Shown in pieces: positions 1 through 9,120 of a stretch of 55,712 bases of DNA. Position numbers and translations under genes: made by a program. Source of the DNA: a virus. Taxonomy: Duplodnaviria; Caudoviricetes. The notes beneath the pieces are model-generated. The model worked only from the letters and a program-made list of their open reading frames with translations. It ran no database searches and was not told the DNA's origin. The stretch is taken from the IMG/VR virus record IMGVR_UViG_3300040807_003706, positions 1 to 55,712 of that record. One strand, 5' to 3'. Position 1 is the stretch's first letter, and every line of letters starts with the position of its first letter.

Positions 1-160
1 AAGGATTGCCACTATCGTTTGTCACTTCCACTTCGGCGCCAATAGTAACACCGCTAATAGTCACGCCACTGGCAAAGGCCACAGGCACCGGACCACCATT
101 AAGGTCTCCGCGAATCAAGAGAGCTTCGTATTGCTCTCCATTGATAACTCTCTGTGCCAT
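1..160 (-). CDS. Partial virion/tail-fibre-like protein (runs off left edge)
   Basis: ATG at 160, manual translation MAQRVINGEQYEALLIRGDLNGGPVPVAFASGVTISGVTIGAEVEVTNDSGNP, open to the window edge; same strand as the tail operon. Confidence 0.6.
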   Translation of the reverse strand, partial: MAQRVINGEQYEALLIRGDLNGGPVPVAFASGVTISGVTIGAEVEVTNDSGNP

Positions 161-218
161 GGTAGCGAAGTGCTTATTCTTCCATGTTAATACAAAAAAG
201 ACAAACACTATGCGCTCA

Positions 219-803
219 TTAGCTTCTAACGATCATTTTCATGAATTCCACTAAAACACTGTCGCTCTTGGTTTTGTTTTGCACAATGAAAAAAATCCTA
301 TCGTCAGTTGTTAATTGCACAAGTGCTTGAATGGCTCCATTTTTAGGCTGATTTGATTGCGTGCCTGCATTCACGTAAATTTCACTTTCTGAAATTCGAT
401 CAGCATCAGGATCCAATGGAGAAGATGCATCACGATTAACTCCAATGTAAAAACCACAAGTATCTTGACTGCCAGAATAAAAACTAAATGTAGCGATGGC
501 ATGGAAGCGCCCGTTGGTTCCTTTATATTTCAAGGAATTAGTGGAAGCGTCCTTTTCAAAATTCACCAATGAGCTAGTCAGCATTGTGCCAGACGCCACA
601 GCTCTGCCATCGGCAATGGAAATAGGCGTAGCAATGTCATTGTTCTTTAAATAAATGACACCTGAATCTTCACTTCGTGGCGGTCCTTGTGTGCCAGGTG
701 CTGTTAGCAAAACGCTGACATCGCTGCTTGTCACGCCAACGTTACTATTGTCTTCAGTGACAATAATTGTGTTTTGTTGCTCTTGAACTGTTACTGCAGT
801 CAT
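219..803 (-). CDS. Putative tail-associated structural protein
   Basis: ORF track 219..836; start moved to ATG 803 (MTAVTVQEQ) just after the upstream stop; beta-rich composition, tail-fibre context. Confidence 0.6.
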   Translation of the reverse strand: MTAVTVQEQQNTIIVTEDNSNVGVTSSDVSVLLTAPGTQGPPRSEDSGVIYLKNNDIATPISIADGRAVASGTMLTSSLVNFEKDASTNSLKYKGTNGRFHAIATFSFYSGSQDTCGFYIGVNRDASSPLDPDADRISESEIYVNAGTQSNQPKNGAIQALVQLTTDDRIFFIVQNKTKSDSVLVEFMKMIVRS

Positions 804-805
804 GA

Positions 806-1147
806 TCAGCTTCTCCAAGAAAGCCCTGGATTCCAAAACGCATTACCTTCCAAAAGGTAAAATTTGTCACCAGCCGCTGTGGTTACAAGTACATCGTATT
901 GCCCTTGTTCAGTGATGCCACTTGTTGTTGCAGCTTCTAAACGCATAGTAAACATGCCGCTGGGTTGAGAAACATAAGGCGTAGAAAACGTTGCAAGCCT
1001 ATTGTTTCCAAGTCTGTCCCATAATGTGCCGCTAATAGTGTAGCCGCTCATATTAACTGGCACATTTGAGCTGTCCTTGTATTGCACTGGCAATTCAAAG
1101 GTGGCGCCTTGGTAAATAGTTATGTCATATTTGCCTGGTTGGATCAT
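806..1147 (-). CDS. Small tail-fibre adaptor-type protein (BppU/LtfC-like)
   Basis: GKYDITIYQGATF...VNMSGYT...GQYDVLV...YLLEG pattern typical of small phage tail adaptor proteins. Confidence 0.6.
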   Translation of the reverse strand: MIQPGKYDITIYQGATFELPVQYKDSSNVPVNMSGYTISGTLWDRLGNNRLATFSTPYVSQPSGMFTMRLEAATTSGITEQGQYDVLVTTAAGDKFYLLEGNAFWNPGLSWRS

Positions 1148-1179
1148 TGTATTAAAGCTTTCTTTTCATTGTAGAGGCA

Positions 1180-1209
1180 AAAAGAAAGGGCCTTTTGGCC
1201 CTTTCTTTT
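1180..1209. terminator. Bidirectional intrinsic terminator
   Basis: AAAAGAAAGGGCC-TTTT-GGCCCTTTCTTTT hairpin with A/T tails. Confidence 0.7.
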
Positions 1210-1345
1210 ATTTACCTTGTCCAATTTTTAGCTTGCGCCCATGACTGGGTTTGCTATTTTTACCGTTGCCTTGTCTAGTGCGCTTGCTTTTGTTTGGCAC
1301 AAGCAGCTTTTGCCCGCTAACGACAATCTTTGATTTTGATGCCAT
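1208..1345 (-). CDS. Small basic cyanophage protein (45 aa)
   Basis: Manual translation MASKSKIVVSGQKLLVPNKSKRTRQGNGKNSKPSHGRKLKIGQGK; KRTRQG..SKPSHGRK..GQG resembles a recurrent cyanophage K/R/G-rich peptide. Confidence 0.65.
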   Translation of the reverse strand: MASKSKIVVSGQKLLVPNKSKRTRQGNGKNSKPSHGRKLKIGQGK

Positions 1346-1368
1346 GAGGAAGAGACTAAACCAAAAGT

Positions 1369-1548
1369 TTAACCAACCCAAGGCATGTCAGTACCTTTGG
1401 TGGGCGAAGCTTGTTCGTCAATTTGCGCTTGAAGAGCGGCTTTGATTTCATCCACTTTCTTCTCGCCAAACTTATCAAGCAGCCAGCCCACTACAATTTC
1501 TTCTGTCAAATCAGCAAAGGGGCAAGGTTCTATGGAGCTACAGGCCAT
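1369..1548 (-). pseudogene. C-terminal half of a common tail-fibre-linked protein (probably N-truncated remnant)
   Basis: Frame reads ...PFADLTEEIVVGWLLDKFGEKKVDEIKAALQAQIDEQASPTKGTDMPWVG*; the only ATG (1548) lies inside the upstream gene's 3' end. Confidence 0.5.
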
Positions 1549-1985
1549 TCAATTGAGGACGGGAAACCTGCCTGCAGCGTAATATCACGCAGTTTTTGGC
1601 GATATGACGCCCAAGCTTTTTTATCTACTGGCACGTCTGGCAATTGAGTCCAATCACTTTTTTCAAGAAGCTCATTTCGCTTTGCTTTGCATTGCCCTTC
1701 TTCTAATCTTTTGCGACCTTCAATGATGCGGTGGCCCAAGCTGACCACCTCCCATTGCTGCAACCATTCCCCTTCTTTTAAAACGGGAAGCGCTTCGTTA
1801 AGCGTTTCCTTTGTATAATCAAACTTTGGAGGACTAGTTGCTTTTACAACATAAGCGCCATATCTAGAAAGATCAAACGAAGAAACATCAGAGGGAAAGC
1901 TCACGCTTGGGAATTTGCGACGCAAGTCATTGATGCTTGCGGGATATTGTTTAACTGTTGAATTTTCCGCAAAAACAAGAATCAC
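1530..1985 (-). CDS. Tail fibre assembly chaperone
   Basis: C-terminal RNELLEKSDWTQLPDVP..KAWASYRQKLRDIT.Q.GFP..IEWP motif of phage tail-assembly chaperones. Confidence 0.85.
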   Translation of the reverse strand: MILVFAENSTVKQYPASINDLRRKFPSVSFPSDVSSFDLSRYGAYVVKATSPPKFDYTKETLNEALPVLKEGEWLQQWEVVSLGHRIIEGRKRLEEGQCKAKRNELLEKSDWTQLPDVPVDKKAWASYRQKLRDITLQAGFPSSIEWPVAP

Positions 1986-3352
1986 TCAATAGTACCTCGC
2001 CTTGGAGTGTTGTTTGTAATAGGACTACCTGCCGCAGAGACACTACTTTGAGTTGAAAACTGAAGATTGCTGGTAAATGAAGAAGATGTATATACATTAG
2101 TAGTGTCGCTGGATAGATTAACCCTTGATTCTAAGGTTGCATTGCCGTATTCAAGAGTGTAACCAGCCAAGTTTGTATACGTACCCCTTAAGCTACCATT
2201 AGTTGGCACTTTTAGTACAAACTGATAGTCGGAAGAAAAACTAACGATAAGATAATCTCCGCTAACCCCTAGGCTGATCCTAGTAGAAGACCTAATTTGA
2301 ATAACCGGGGGCCCCCCTGAAAGGATGTCAATAGTATTCTTCCATACTACATTGCCATTTGTGTCTATTTTTATTAATAAAATAGCGGTGTTATCAAAGA
2401 CTCCGGCGCAATAAGCATTGCCATTATCATCTACAGCTAGGTCTCCGTAAAAAAAGCTGGTCCCAGGTATAGCATCAAATCTTTTCAACCAGTAAAGATT
2501 TGTTCCAGTATTGGCAGCATTAGGGCTAACTTTGGCTATAAAAGTCTGGCCAGTAGATGGGAAGGCAACGTCGAGGCCTATTAGATAGCATATTTGAGGA
2601 GAGGCATTTGAAGCAGCAGGGACAAAGTCAAAACCTCGTGGGATGCATAGAGCATTTTGATAGATAAAAGGAAAGCTGTTGCCAGACGGAAACGGGCTCG
2701 TCGCTTCTAGCGGATATAGATGTGCAGCATTGTTGCCATTGTATCCAGTCAATGCTAAAGCTAGAGGCGTTCCATTTACGTTTTTAGCTTGTACACCGCG
2801 AATATTGGTAGAAGAGGTGGTGAATCTTGTAATGTATTCCGTTTGGCTTACAGAGCCGTTTGCATTGTAAACAACATAAGCATTTTCCACTGAGGACGAA
2901 GTAAAGCCAGCAGCGCTTCCTTCAAGAACTGCAATGTCTCCGTTTGATTTAATAAAAACACTGCCAAAAACGCAAGGATTTCCATTGCCTTTGTCAAATT
3001 CTCTGGCCCAAATAGTACTACCATCGACACTGCTGATTTTAATCAAAAATCCTTTACTTCCGCTCCCAGTTATATTGCCACCGCAAGCATAAATATTGCC
3101 GCCGTTATCCCCTGTTAATGACAAAAGACAAGAACCATTGCTGTTAACTGGATTGATTGATCGTGCCCATTCAACAACACCATTAAACTTAAGCTTGACT
3201 AAGTAGCCAATACCAAGTCTGTAAAATGAAGTATAAATTGCACCATCGGTATCAGCAAAAAAAGACGGACTGAGAGTGTCTGCCTGCAGGTCAGTAAAAG
3301 CAAGCCACGCCTGAGACTTTTCGATGTTGCCAAGTAAAAATTTAGTAAACAT
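1982..3352 (-). CDS. Beta-propeller tail/receptor-binding protein
   Basis: Repeated blades (D..GNIYACG, LIKI...G...W); start moved to ATG 3352, overlapping the upstream TAA; more AT-rich than the head and tail-tube genes. Confidence 0.65.
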   Translation of the reverse strand: MFTKFLLGNIEKSQAWLAFTDLQADTLSPSFFADTDGAIYTSFYRLGIGYLVKLKFNGVVEWARSINPVNSNGSCLLSLTGDNGGNIYACGGNITGSGSKGFLIKISSVDGSTIWAREFDKGNGNPCVFGSVFIKSNGDIAVLEGSAAGFTSSSVENAYVVYNANGSVSQTEYITRFTTSSTNIRGVQAKNVNGTPLALALTGYNGNNAAHLYPLEATSPFPSGNSFPFIYQNALCIPRGFDFVPAASNASPQICYLIGLDVAFPSTGQTFIAKVSPNAANTGTNLYWLKRFDAIPGTSFFYGDLAVDDNGNAYCAGVFDNTAILLIKIDTNGNVVWKNTIDILSGGPPVIQIRSSTRISLGVSGDYLIVSFSSDYQFVLKVPTNGSLRGTYTNLAGYTLEYGNATLESRVNLSSDTTNVYTSSSFTSNLQFSTQSSVSAAGSPITNNTPRRGTIE

Positions 3353-6204
3353 TACACATAGCTCCCAAGGTAATTGCCGTAAACAGTAGCGCCAACTTGC
3401 CAGAAAACAATAGCATCCTTGTTCGTTAAAGTAGGTGCAATGTTGCCAATATTCGACACCCAAGATACCGCTGGCCAAGTCACTGTATAAGTGGCGCCGT
3501 TTTCCAGCATCAACAGTACACTTTGGCCACTTTCTAAGGACTCAGTGAAGGTGGTGTTTCCAGATAATGTTTTTGTTTGAATGCCACCATTCGCTGGATC
3601 TAAGTTTGTATCAGCGAGAGCATATACAGTGTCGGAAGTCTCGACAAAGGTTTGCTGTGCGCTAAATGTTTGCGCATTTGTAAGCCGAGCAATATTATTG
3701 CTTACCGTACCAGCAAGAGTGACATTACTGCTCCCATTAATAGAAACACTTCCAGCAAGGTCTCCGCTTAAAGAGATCGTCCTTGCATTTGCCCAAGTGT
3801 TAGCGGTAGATGCATTGCCTGACAAAGAAGCAGTGATTACATTGGCCGCAAAGCTCCCATTGGCATCACGGGAAACAATTGCATTGACAGAACTTGCCGG
3901 AGTGGCGTTGGAAGTAACGGTAAAAATACCAGCTTCGGTATTGACGCTTCCAGAAATACCGCTGCCGACAGTGCTTGCCTTTCTAACATAAGAACCAGTG
4001 GTGTCAGTTCCCAAAGCAACGGAATTACTGACAATATCACTCGTCAAAGTGACATTTTGACTTCCATCAAAAACAACAGAGCCACTTACATCTCCACTTA
4101 ATGTGATCGTCACTCCAGAACTTAAGGCGCCTGCAAAAGCCACAGTTCCACTGGCCAATGTATTAACTGCATTTCCCACAAAGGCAGTGGTTGCAATTTG
4201 AGTGGTTGAAGTGCCAGCGGTTGCAGTGGGCGCAGTTGGAGTGCCAGACAAGCTGGCGTTAACAACTGCCGCCTTTGCATCCAATGCAGATTGCAAACCA
4301 TCTACATTGCTAATAATGTGATTATGAGAATCATCGGCAACAACTCCACTGATGGTAACATTGCTGCTGCCGTCAAAAACAGCACTACCACTTAGATCAC
4401 CCGCCAAGCCAATGCTCACTCCAGATGCCAATGCAGAGGCGGTATTGGCATTGCCACTAATGGAAATGCCCCAGGTACCTGTTGCACCACCGCCTGTTTT
4501 AGTGGGGGCGTCATTCGCAATTTCACTATTGACAAATGCAGTGGTTGCTAATTGAGTGGTATTAGTGCCCACTGGTGCAGTGGTCCCAGAAACATGACCA
4601 GTGAAAGTGCCTCCGCTAATAGGGATGGCATTAGCCGCCAAGTCATAAGCGCTTTTAACAGCACTTGCAGTGGCCGCTAAGCCACTGCTTGCGCTGTTAA
4701 CACCGTTATAAAGTTGAACAATGCCAGCCGCAGCAGTATTGCCAGAAATCAGGACATTGGAAGTAAGCTTTGTCGTTCCACTGTTAAGAATTCCCAACAC
4801 CTGATCGGGCGTTAGATCTTGTGGATTACCACCAGCAACAGCACCCTTAATTGTCAAAGCCGTCATATCAGACAGCTTTAAATTGCTAACAGAATTATCT
4901 GCAATTGTTGCGTCGTTTAAAACAGAGAAAACAAGAGGATCAGTATCAAGAACGGGATTATTTGTAACTTGAGTAAATTGAAGATTGCCATTTGTTGTGC
5001 CACTCTGCACAAACATAAAAATACCAGTCTTCACCTCTGCGCTACTATTAGCATCATCTGTGCGAGTAAACACTGCGCTAATGCCAGGCGCTGCTGCGGT
5101 TGTTAATGCATAGATGCCATTTTGAGATGCAGTAGTTTGATCCTTGACTAATACTCGCGTGCCGACATTGGTAATATTTACTCCGTCAAAAGAAGGAGTG
5201 CCAGTTCCTGTTACTGTAAGCGTAAAAGCAGGACTGCCCGCATAAGTAGAAACTACATTGGCTGTAGTAGCCGCAATTACTGCTTCTTTAATACTTAAAC
5301 CAGCACTAACTTGATCTACGTAAGCACGATTTGCGGCGTCAGTCGCACCAACTGGCGAACCTACATCGGTAATACGATAATTATTGACACTTACATTCTG
5401 AGTGGCGCCACCAAGGATATCATCGGGATTTGCAATGATTGCAATGTCGGTGCCATCAGTTGTTACGCTAATAGTGCTATTTCCAGCTTTTACACCTTTA
5501 ATTTCGCCTCGAAATTCATTGGCCACCTCTACGGTGTCGTTTACAATAAGACTTTCACCGCCAACGCCAACGTTGGTAACGTATTTCAATCCACCAATAC
5601 CTTTTAATGCTTGTTGAGCCGTGTCTGCGCCAGTGCCACCTTGGCTAATAGAAAGAGCAGTTGTGAGGCCGGTTAATCCAGTAATATCACTATTGCTTCC
5701 TGCTTTTGCTGCTCCCAAATTAGAGCGGGCACTAGACGCTGTGCTTGCGCCCGTGCCTCCTTTGTTAACTTCAAGGGGAGAAGCAGAAGCTAGGTCGTTA
5801 ATATTGATTTCAGACGCGTTGACGCCAATCGTCACGTCTACACGATTTTCGCCACTATTATCAACACCGCTAACCGTAGCCGCAGTGCCGGCGATAAAAT
5901 TCAATTCTTGCCGCGCTCCAATTTCGCCGCCACCAGATGAAACGATGGTACGCTGAGTGGTTGTATCATTAACCACTGAAAGGGTGAGCGTATTGTTTAA
6001 ATCGTTATACGATGCATTGATACCAGTGCCACCAGAAGTGAGCGTAGCGACTACATCCTGCAAGTCCTCTTTCAAGGACGCATACGAAATTTTCTTTGTT
6101 ACGCCTAGCGACGGATTTGTAGTGTTATCAACAATTACAAATACGTCTTCGTTATTGGGAGTGACAAGCTCAACAAGCTCCGAAATCAACCGTGTTTGAG
6201 CCAT
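3352..6204 (-). CDS. Tail fibre protein (950 aa)
   Basis: G/S/T/A-rich repeats GGTGA, TTQLATTAFV, GIVQL, ISLSGDLAGS, RVLVKDQT..SQNGIY typical of cyanophage fibres. Confidence 0.85.
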   Translation of the reverse strand: MAQTRLISELVELVTPNNEDVFVIVDNTTNPSLGVTKKISYASLKEDLQDVVATLTSGGTGINASYNDLNNTLTLSVVNDTTTQRTIVSSGGGEIGARQELNFIAGTAATVSGVDNSGENRVDVTIGVNASEININDLASASPLEVNKGGTGASTASSARSNLGAAKAGSNSDITGLTGLTTALSISQGGTGADTAQQALKGIGGLKYVTNVGVGGESLIVNDTVEVANEFRGEIKGVKAGNSTISVTTDGTDIAIIANPDDILGGATQNVSVNNYRITDVGSPVGATDAANRAYVDQVSAGLSIKEAVIAATTANVVSTYAGSPAFTLTVTGTGTPSFDGVNITNVGTRVLVKDQTTASQNGIYALTTAAAPGISAVFTRTDDANSSAEVKTGIFMFVQSGTTNGNLQFTQVTNNPVLDTDPLVFSVLNDATIADNSVSNLKLSDMTALTIKGAVAGGNPQDLTPDQVLGILNSGTTKLTSNVLISGNTAAAGIVQLYNGVNSASSGLAATASAVKSAYDLAANAIPISGGTFTGHVSGTTAPVGTNTTQLATTAFVNSEIANDAPTKTGGGATGTWGISISGNANTASALASGVSIGLAGDLSGSAVFDGSSNVTISGVVADDSHNHIISNVDGLQSALDAKAAVVNASLSGTPTAPTATAGTSTTQIATTAFVGNAVNTLASGTVAFAGALSSGVTITLSGDVSGSVVFDGSQNVTLTSDIVSNSVALGTDTTGSYVRKASTVGSGISGSVNTEAGIFTVTSNATPASSVNAIVSRDANGSFAANVITASLSGNASTANTWANARTISLSGDLAGSVSINGSSNVTLAGTVSNNIARLTNAQTFSAQQTFVETSDTVYALADTNLDPANGGIQTKTLSGNTTFTESLESGQSVLLMLENGATYTVTWPAVSWVSNIGNIAPTLTNKDAIVFWQVGATVYGNYLGSYV

Positions 6205-6207
6205 GAA

Positions 6208-7017
6208 TCAAGAAGCTCCGCTAACTTTAATTTCCTTGAATACTGGTATCGTAGCACTATTACTAGACTCTCTCGTCCAAAAGAATGGCCTCAATGTTTG
6301 ACCGTTTGAACCAATCGCGTAAATCTCGGTATTATTTCTATAGACGCCAACATCTTCTGAAATGCCGTTTCGTCTAATTTCAATCAAGTCATCACTCCTT
6401 AAATAGACTGGACCGCCACTAATTGTGATATCAATAACATCGCCAATCAGCGACTGATTGTGACTAGAAGCAAGCCTGATCTTGTCTTCCCCAGAAGTGG
6501 TGACATAGTACTTGGTATTAAGCTGCAGCGGAGAAGGAGGACTTCCGCTATAGATGACCACTGCATCACCGTTGCTATAGCCATGTCCAGATATGGTAAG
6601 CGTATCAAAGCCAATATCAGTTGATGTGGACTGACGATTTTTTTGAATGAAACCAATTGTGCTGCCAGCACAACAAATGTTAATCTTGTTGCTTACCAAG
6701 TTATTTTCAGCAAAGCTAACGCAATAAACTCCGTAACTTTGCCCATCATCGCTAATTTCTTCTGTTGAAGACCAAGAAGAAATAGAGGAAATATTATCTG
6801 CAGTGGCAAGTCCAATTGCCGTGGTCCCTACAGTGTCCCCAGAAATGCCTACATCGAACAATTCAGGATCCACCTTGAAGCTAAGGCTTCCATTCCTCGG
6901 GTCTTGATCTGGATTTTGAAAAATTTGCGTGCCTATGCAAAATGCATATGCATAGTCTTGCGTTTCGTTTGGAAGACCGCTTGATGCGACATTAATAATA
7001 GAGCTGCCGTCCGCCAT
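6208..7017 (-). CDS. Putative virion structural protein
   Basis: HGYSNGDAVV..P.PL..NTKYYV..IRLA module common in cyanophage virion proteins; operon context. Confidence 0.6.
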   Translation of the reverse strand: MADGSSIINVASSGLPNETQDYAYAFCIGTQIFQNPDQDPRNGSLSFKVDPELFDVGISGDTVGTTAIGLATADNISSISSWSSTEEISDDGQSYGVYCVSFAENNLVSNKINICCAGSTIGFIQKNRQSTSTDIGFDTLTISGHGYSNGDAVVIYSGSPPSPLQLNTKYYVTTSGEDKIRLASSHNQSLIGDVIDITISGGPVYLRSDDLIEIRRNGISEDVGVYRNNTEIYAIGSNGQTLRPFFWTRESSNSATIPVFKEIKVSGAS

Positions 7018-7026
7018 GCTTTTACC

Positions 7027-9111
7027 TTATCGAAGCCCGTAATTAAGGAATACTCGCACTTCGGGAGATGGGCTAACAATATTATAGGTGCCAGAAGTGC
7101 TACAACCATAAGTCAACATCCATTCCGCCCTCTTTTCGCTAAATGACAAAGGAATTAGCTTGTCTTGAATACGTCTGGCGGCAATAATGACGGCGCCTTG
7201 GTCAATTGGCCGGGCACGCGAAGCAATTGCTTGATCAATTACCAAATCATAAAATGCGGTGCCAAAATCACCGGGCACAATTCCCTTTCCACTAAAACCA
7301 GTGAAAACGCTGCCTCCCTTCGTCTCACTTATTTTGATGCTTGAAACGCTTGGAATAGAGACAATGTAATAAGTATTAAGACCAATTACAAACCTAAAGC
7401 CAAGCTCCAAAGTGTGCTTACGAGAAAGCGAAAGAGTGCCATCTCCTGCGATTGATTCGATTTGATAGTCCTCGTTTGTCACAGGAAAAGTAAATTTACT
7501 GTCGTATTCGGTGCTAATTGCTTCCCGCACTAAATCATAAATTCTTGTCAAATCAATTCTTTCGCCCTTGTTGCTTCCCGCATAAAAAGTTGCAAGCGTC
7601 TTTCCAGCTACCACTTGACGCAAAGTAAAGTTGCCTTCAATTGTGCCCATGTCAGTAGTTGTATAAGGCTCTTGCGCAGACAGCGGCAGAGCATCAGGAG
7701 TCTCAGTAGTAATTGCAATTGCATTGCCGCCGGAATCAAATCCAGTAAGCAACGATTCCGACACCCCATAGTCGCCAGGATTATTCCTTGGAAGTGTGCC
7801 ATTGATATGGCCCACTTCCTGCTCTAAATCTCTAAAAACAGGATCTTTAATAACAGCAATTTCAGTGCGATAATTTGCAAATACATCCATTGTTTTAGGA
7901 AGTGCTTGCTGGCTATTCAAAATTTGATTTGCAGCAAAATCCACCCCCCTCAAGCCAAAAACAGGAAAGAAATGTGCCGCCTCGGAACCACCATAAACTG
8001 GCCCAATTTCACGTCCTTCAGAAATATCAGCAGCACGCATGTCTGCTTTTTCTGTTTCGCCCCCATCAATTTGAAGGCTTAGTCCATATTTAATAATGTA
8101 TTGCGGCTCTACAAGGTATCCAGTATTGCTGATTTCAATGGTAAATGGCAATGATGGCGTGCCCAGGCTTGGGGCATCTAAGCTGTCGGGAATCAACAGC
8201 TCATGCATTAACACCCAGCGTCCGCGTGGGATTTTGCTAACCGTAACAGGCAGGTCTACTGCTTCGTCAATTACAAAAGCATAAAACCGAGCAGAACTTG
8301 CGCCGTACCATCCCCATTCCACCAAATACATACAGTTCTTGGTGAAATCAATAGACGCATTGCTACTGCCAGTACCATCTAATTTGTCGCCATTAAAACT
8401 GCTGCGCGGAACAATGACTTCCTTTGTTAATCCATCGCCAGATGAACGACGGTGGACCACTCTAAAATTATCACCTTCCCCGTCTGCAATAATTTGAAAA
8501 AAGAAGCCATCAAGAGAATCGCCAATTCCCCACAGTTTTTCGCAAGCTGGCAATTCAGTTAAGCTCATCTGCAGACATACAGATGAGCGAACTACTCGGC
8601 CAGTTTGATAACGGAAACGTTTTTTAGTGCTAATGCGAGCCCGTTGAAATCCTCCTTTTGATTTTGCAAGTTCAACGCGAACAGCACGCCTTGCTGCATC
8701 GTATTGAATGTAGCCAGTTGGCAATGGGCTATATTCAATTAAAGTGTCTTGAAGCTGTGCCCATTTGGCGCTTTCAATGTCTCCATCGCCCGTTTCGTTA
8801 AGGCCGCGAATTTCACTGACATAGACATCCTCTCGAAATGCATAATCGTCAGTGTAATTAAACAGGCTTAAAGTTTGTTCTGCTCGTGCAGTGCCAAATA
8901 AATCATTCTTGATTTCAGTGGGCTTTTCTTTATAAAGACTAACTGGAACTCCTGCGCCAAATAAAGGTAGAGCAGTAGAAATACTGTTTGCCTTTAATTC
9001 TTGGCCAGAAGAAAATTCACCAGCTTCCTGAAGAACAGTGCCGGAATTTGCGCCACTCGCAACAACATAGCGTTGTTGCCCCACTTCTGGAGAAAGCTGG
9101 TAATAAGCCAT
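7027..9111 (-). CDS. Virion structural protein (paralog of 9121..10671)
   Basis: Shares YQTGR, PRS.FNGDKLDG.GSS, GWYG.S.AR and PSLG.P.LP motifs with the next gene. Confidence 0.65.
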   Translation of the reverse strand: MAYYQLSPEVGQQRYVVASGANSGTVLQEAGEFSSGQELKANSISTALPLFGAGVPVSLYKEKPTEIKNDLFGTARAEQTLSLFNYTDDYAFREDVYVSEIRGLNETGDGDIESAKWAQLQDTLIEYSPLPTGYIQYDAARRAVRVELAKSKGGFQRARISTKKRFRYQTGRVVRSSVCLQMSLTELPACEKLWGIGDSLDGFFFQIIADGEGDNFRVVHRRSSGDGLTKEVIVPRSSFNGDKLDGTGSSNASIDFTKNCMYLVEWGWYGASSARFYAFVIDEAVDLPVTVSKIPRGRWVLMHELLIPDSLDAPSLGTPSLPFTIEISNTGYLVEPQYIIKYGLSLQIDGGETEKADMRAADISEGREIGPVYGGSEAAHFFPVFGLRGVDFAANQILNSQQALPKTMDVFANYRTEIAVIKDPVFRDLEQEVGHINGTLPRNNPGDYGVSESLLTGFDSGGNAIAITTETPDALPLSAQEPYTTTDMGTIEGNFTLRQVVAGKTLATFYAGSNKGERIDLTRIYDLVREAISTEYDSKFTFPVTNEDYQIESIAGDGTLSLSRKHTLELGFRFVIGLNTYYIVSIPSVSSIKISETKGGSVFTGFSGKGIVPGDFGTAFYDLVIDQAIASRARPIDQGAVIIAARRIQDKLIPLSFSEKRAEWMLTYGCSTSGTYNIVSPSPEVRVFLNYGLR

Positions 9112-9120
9112 AGTCGTTAA

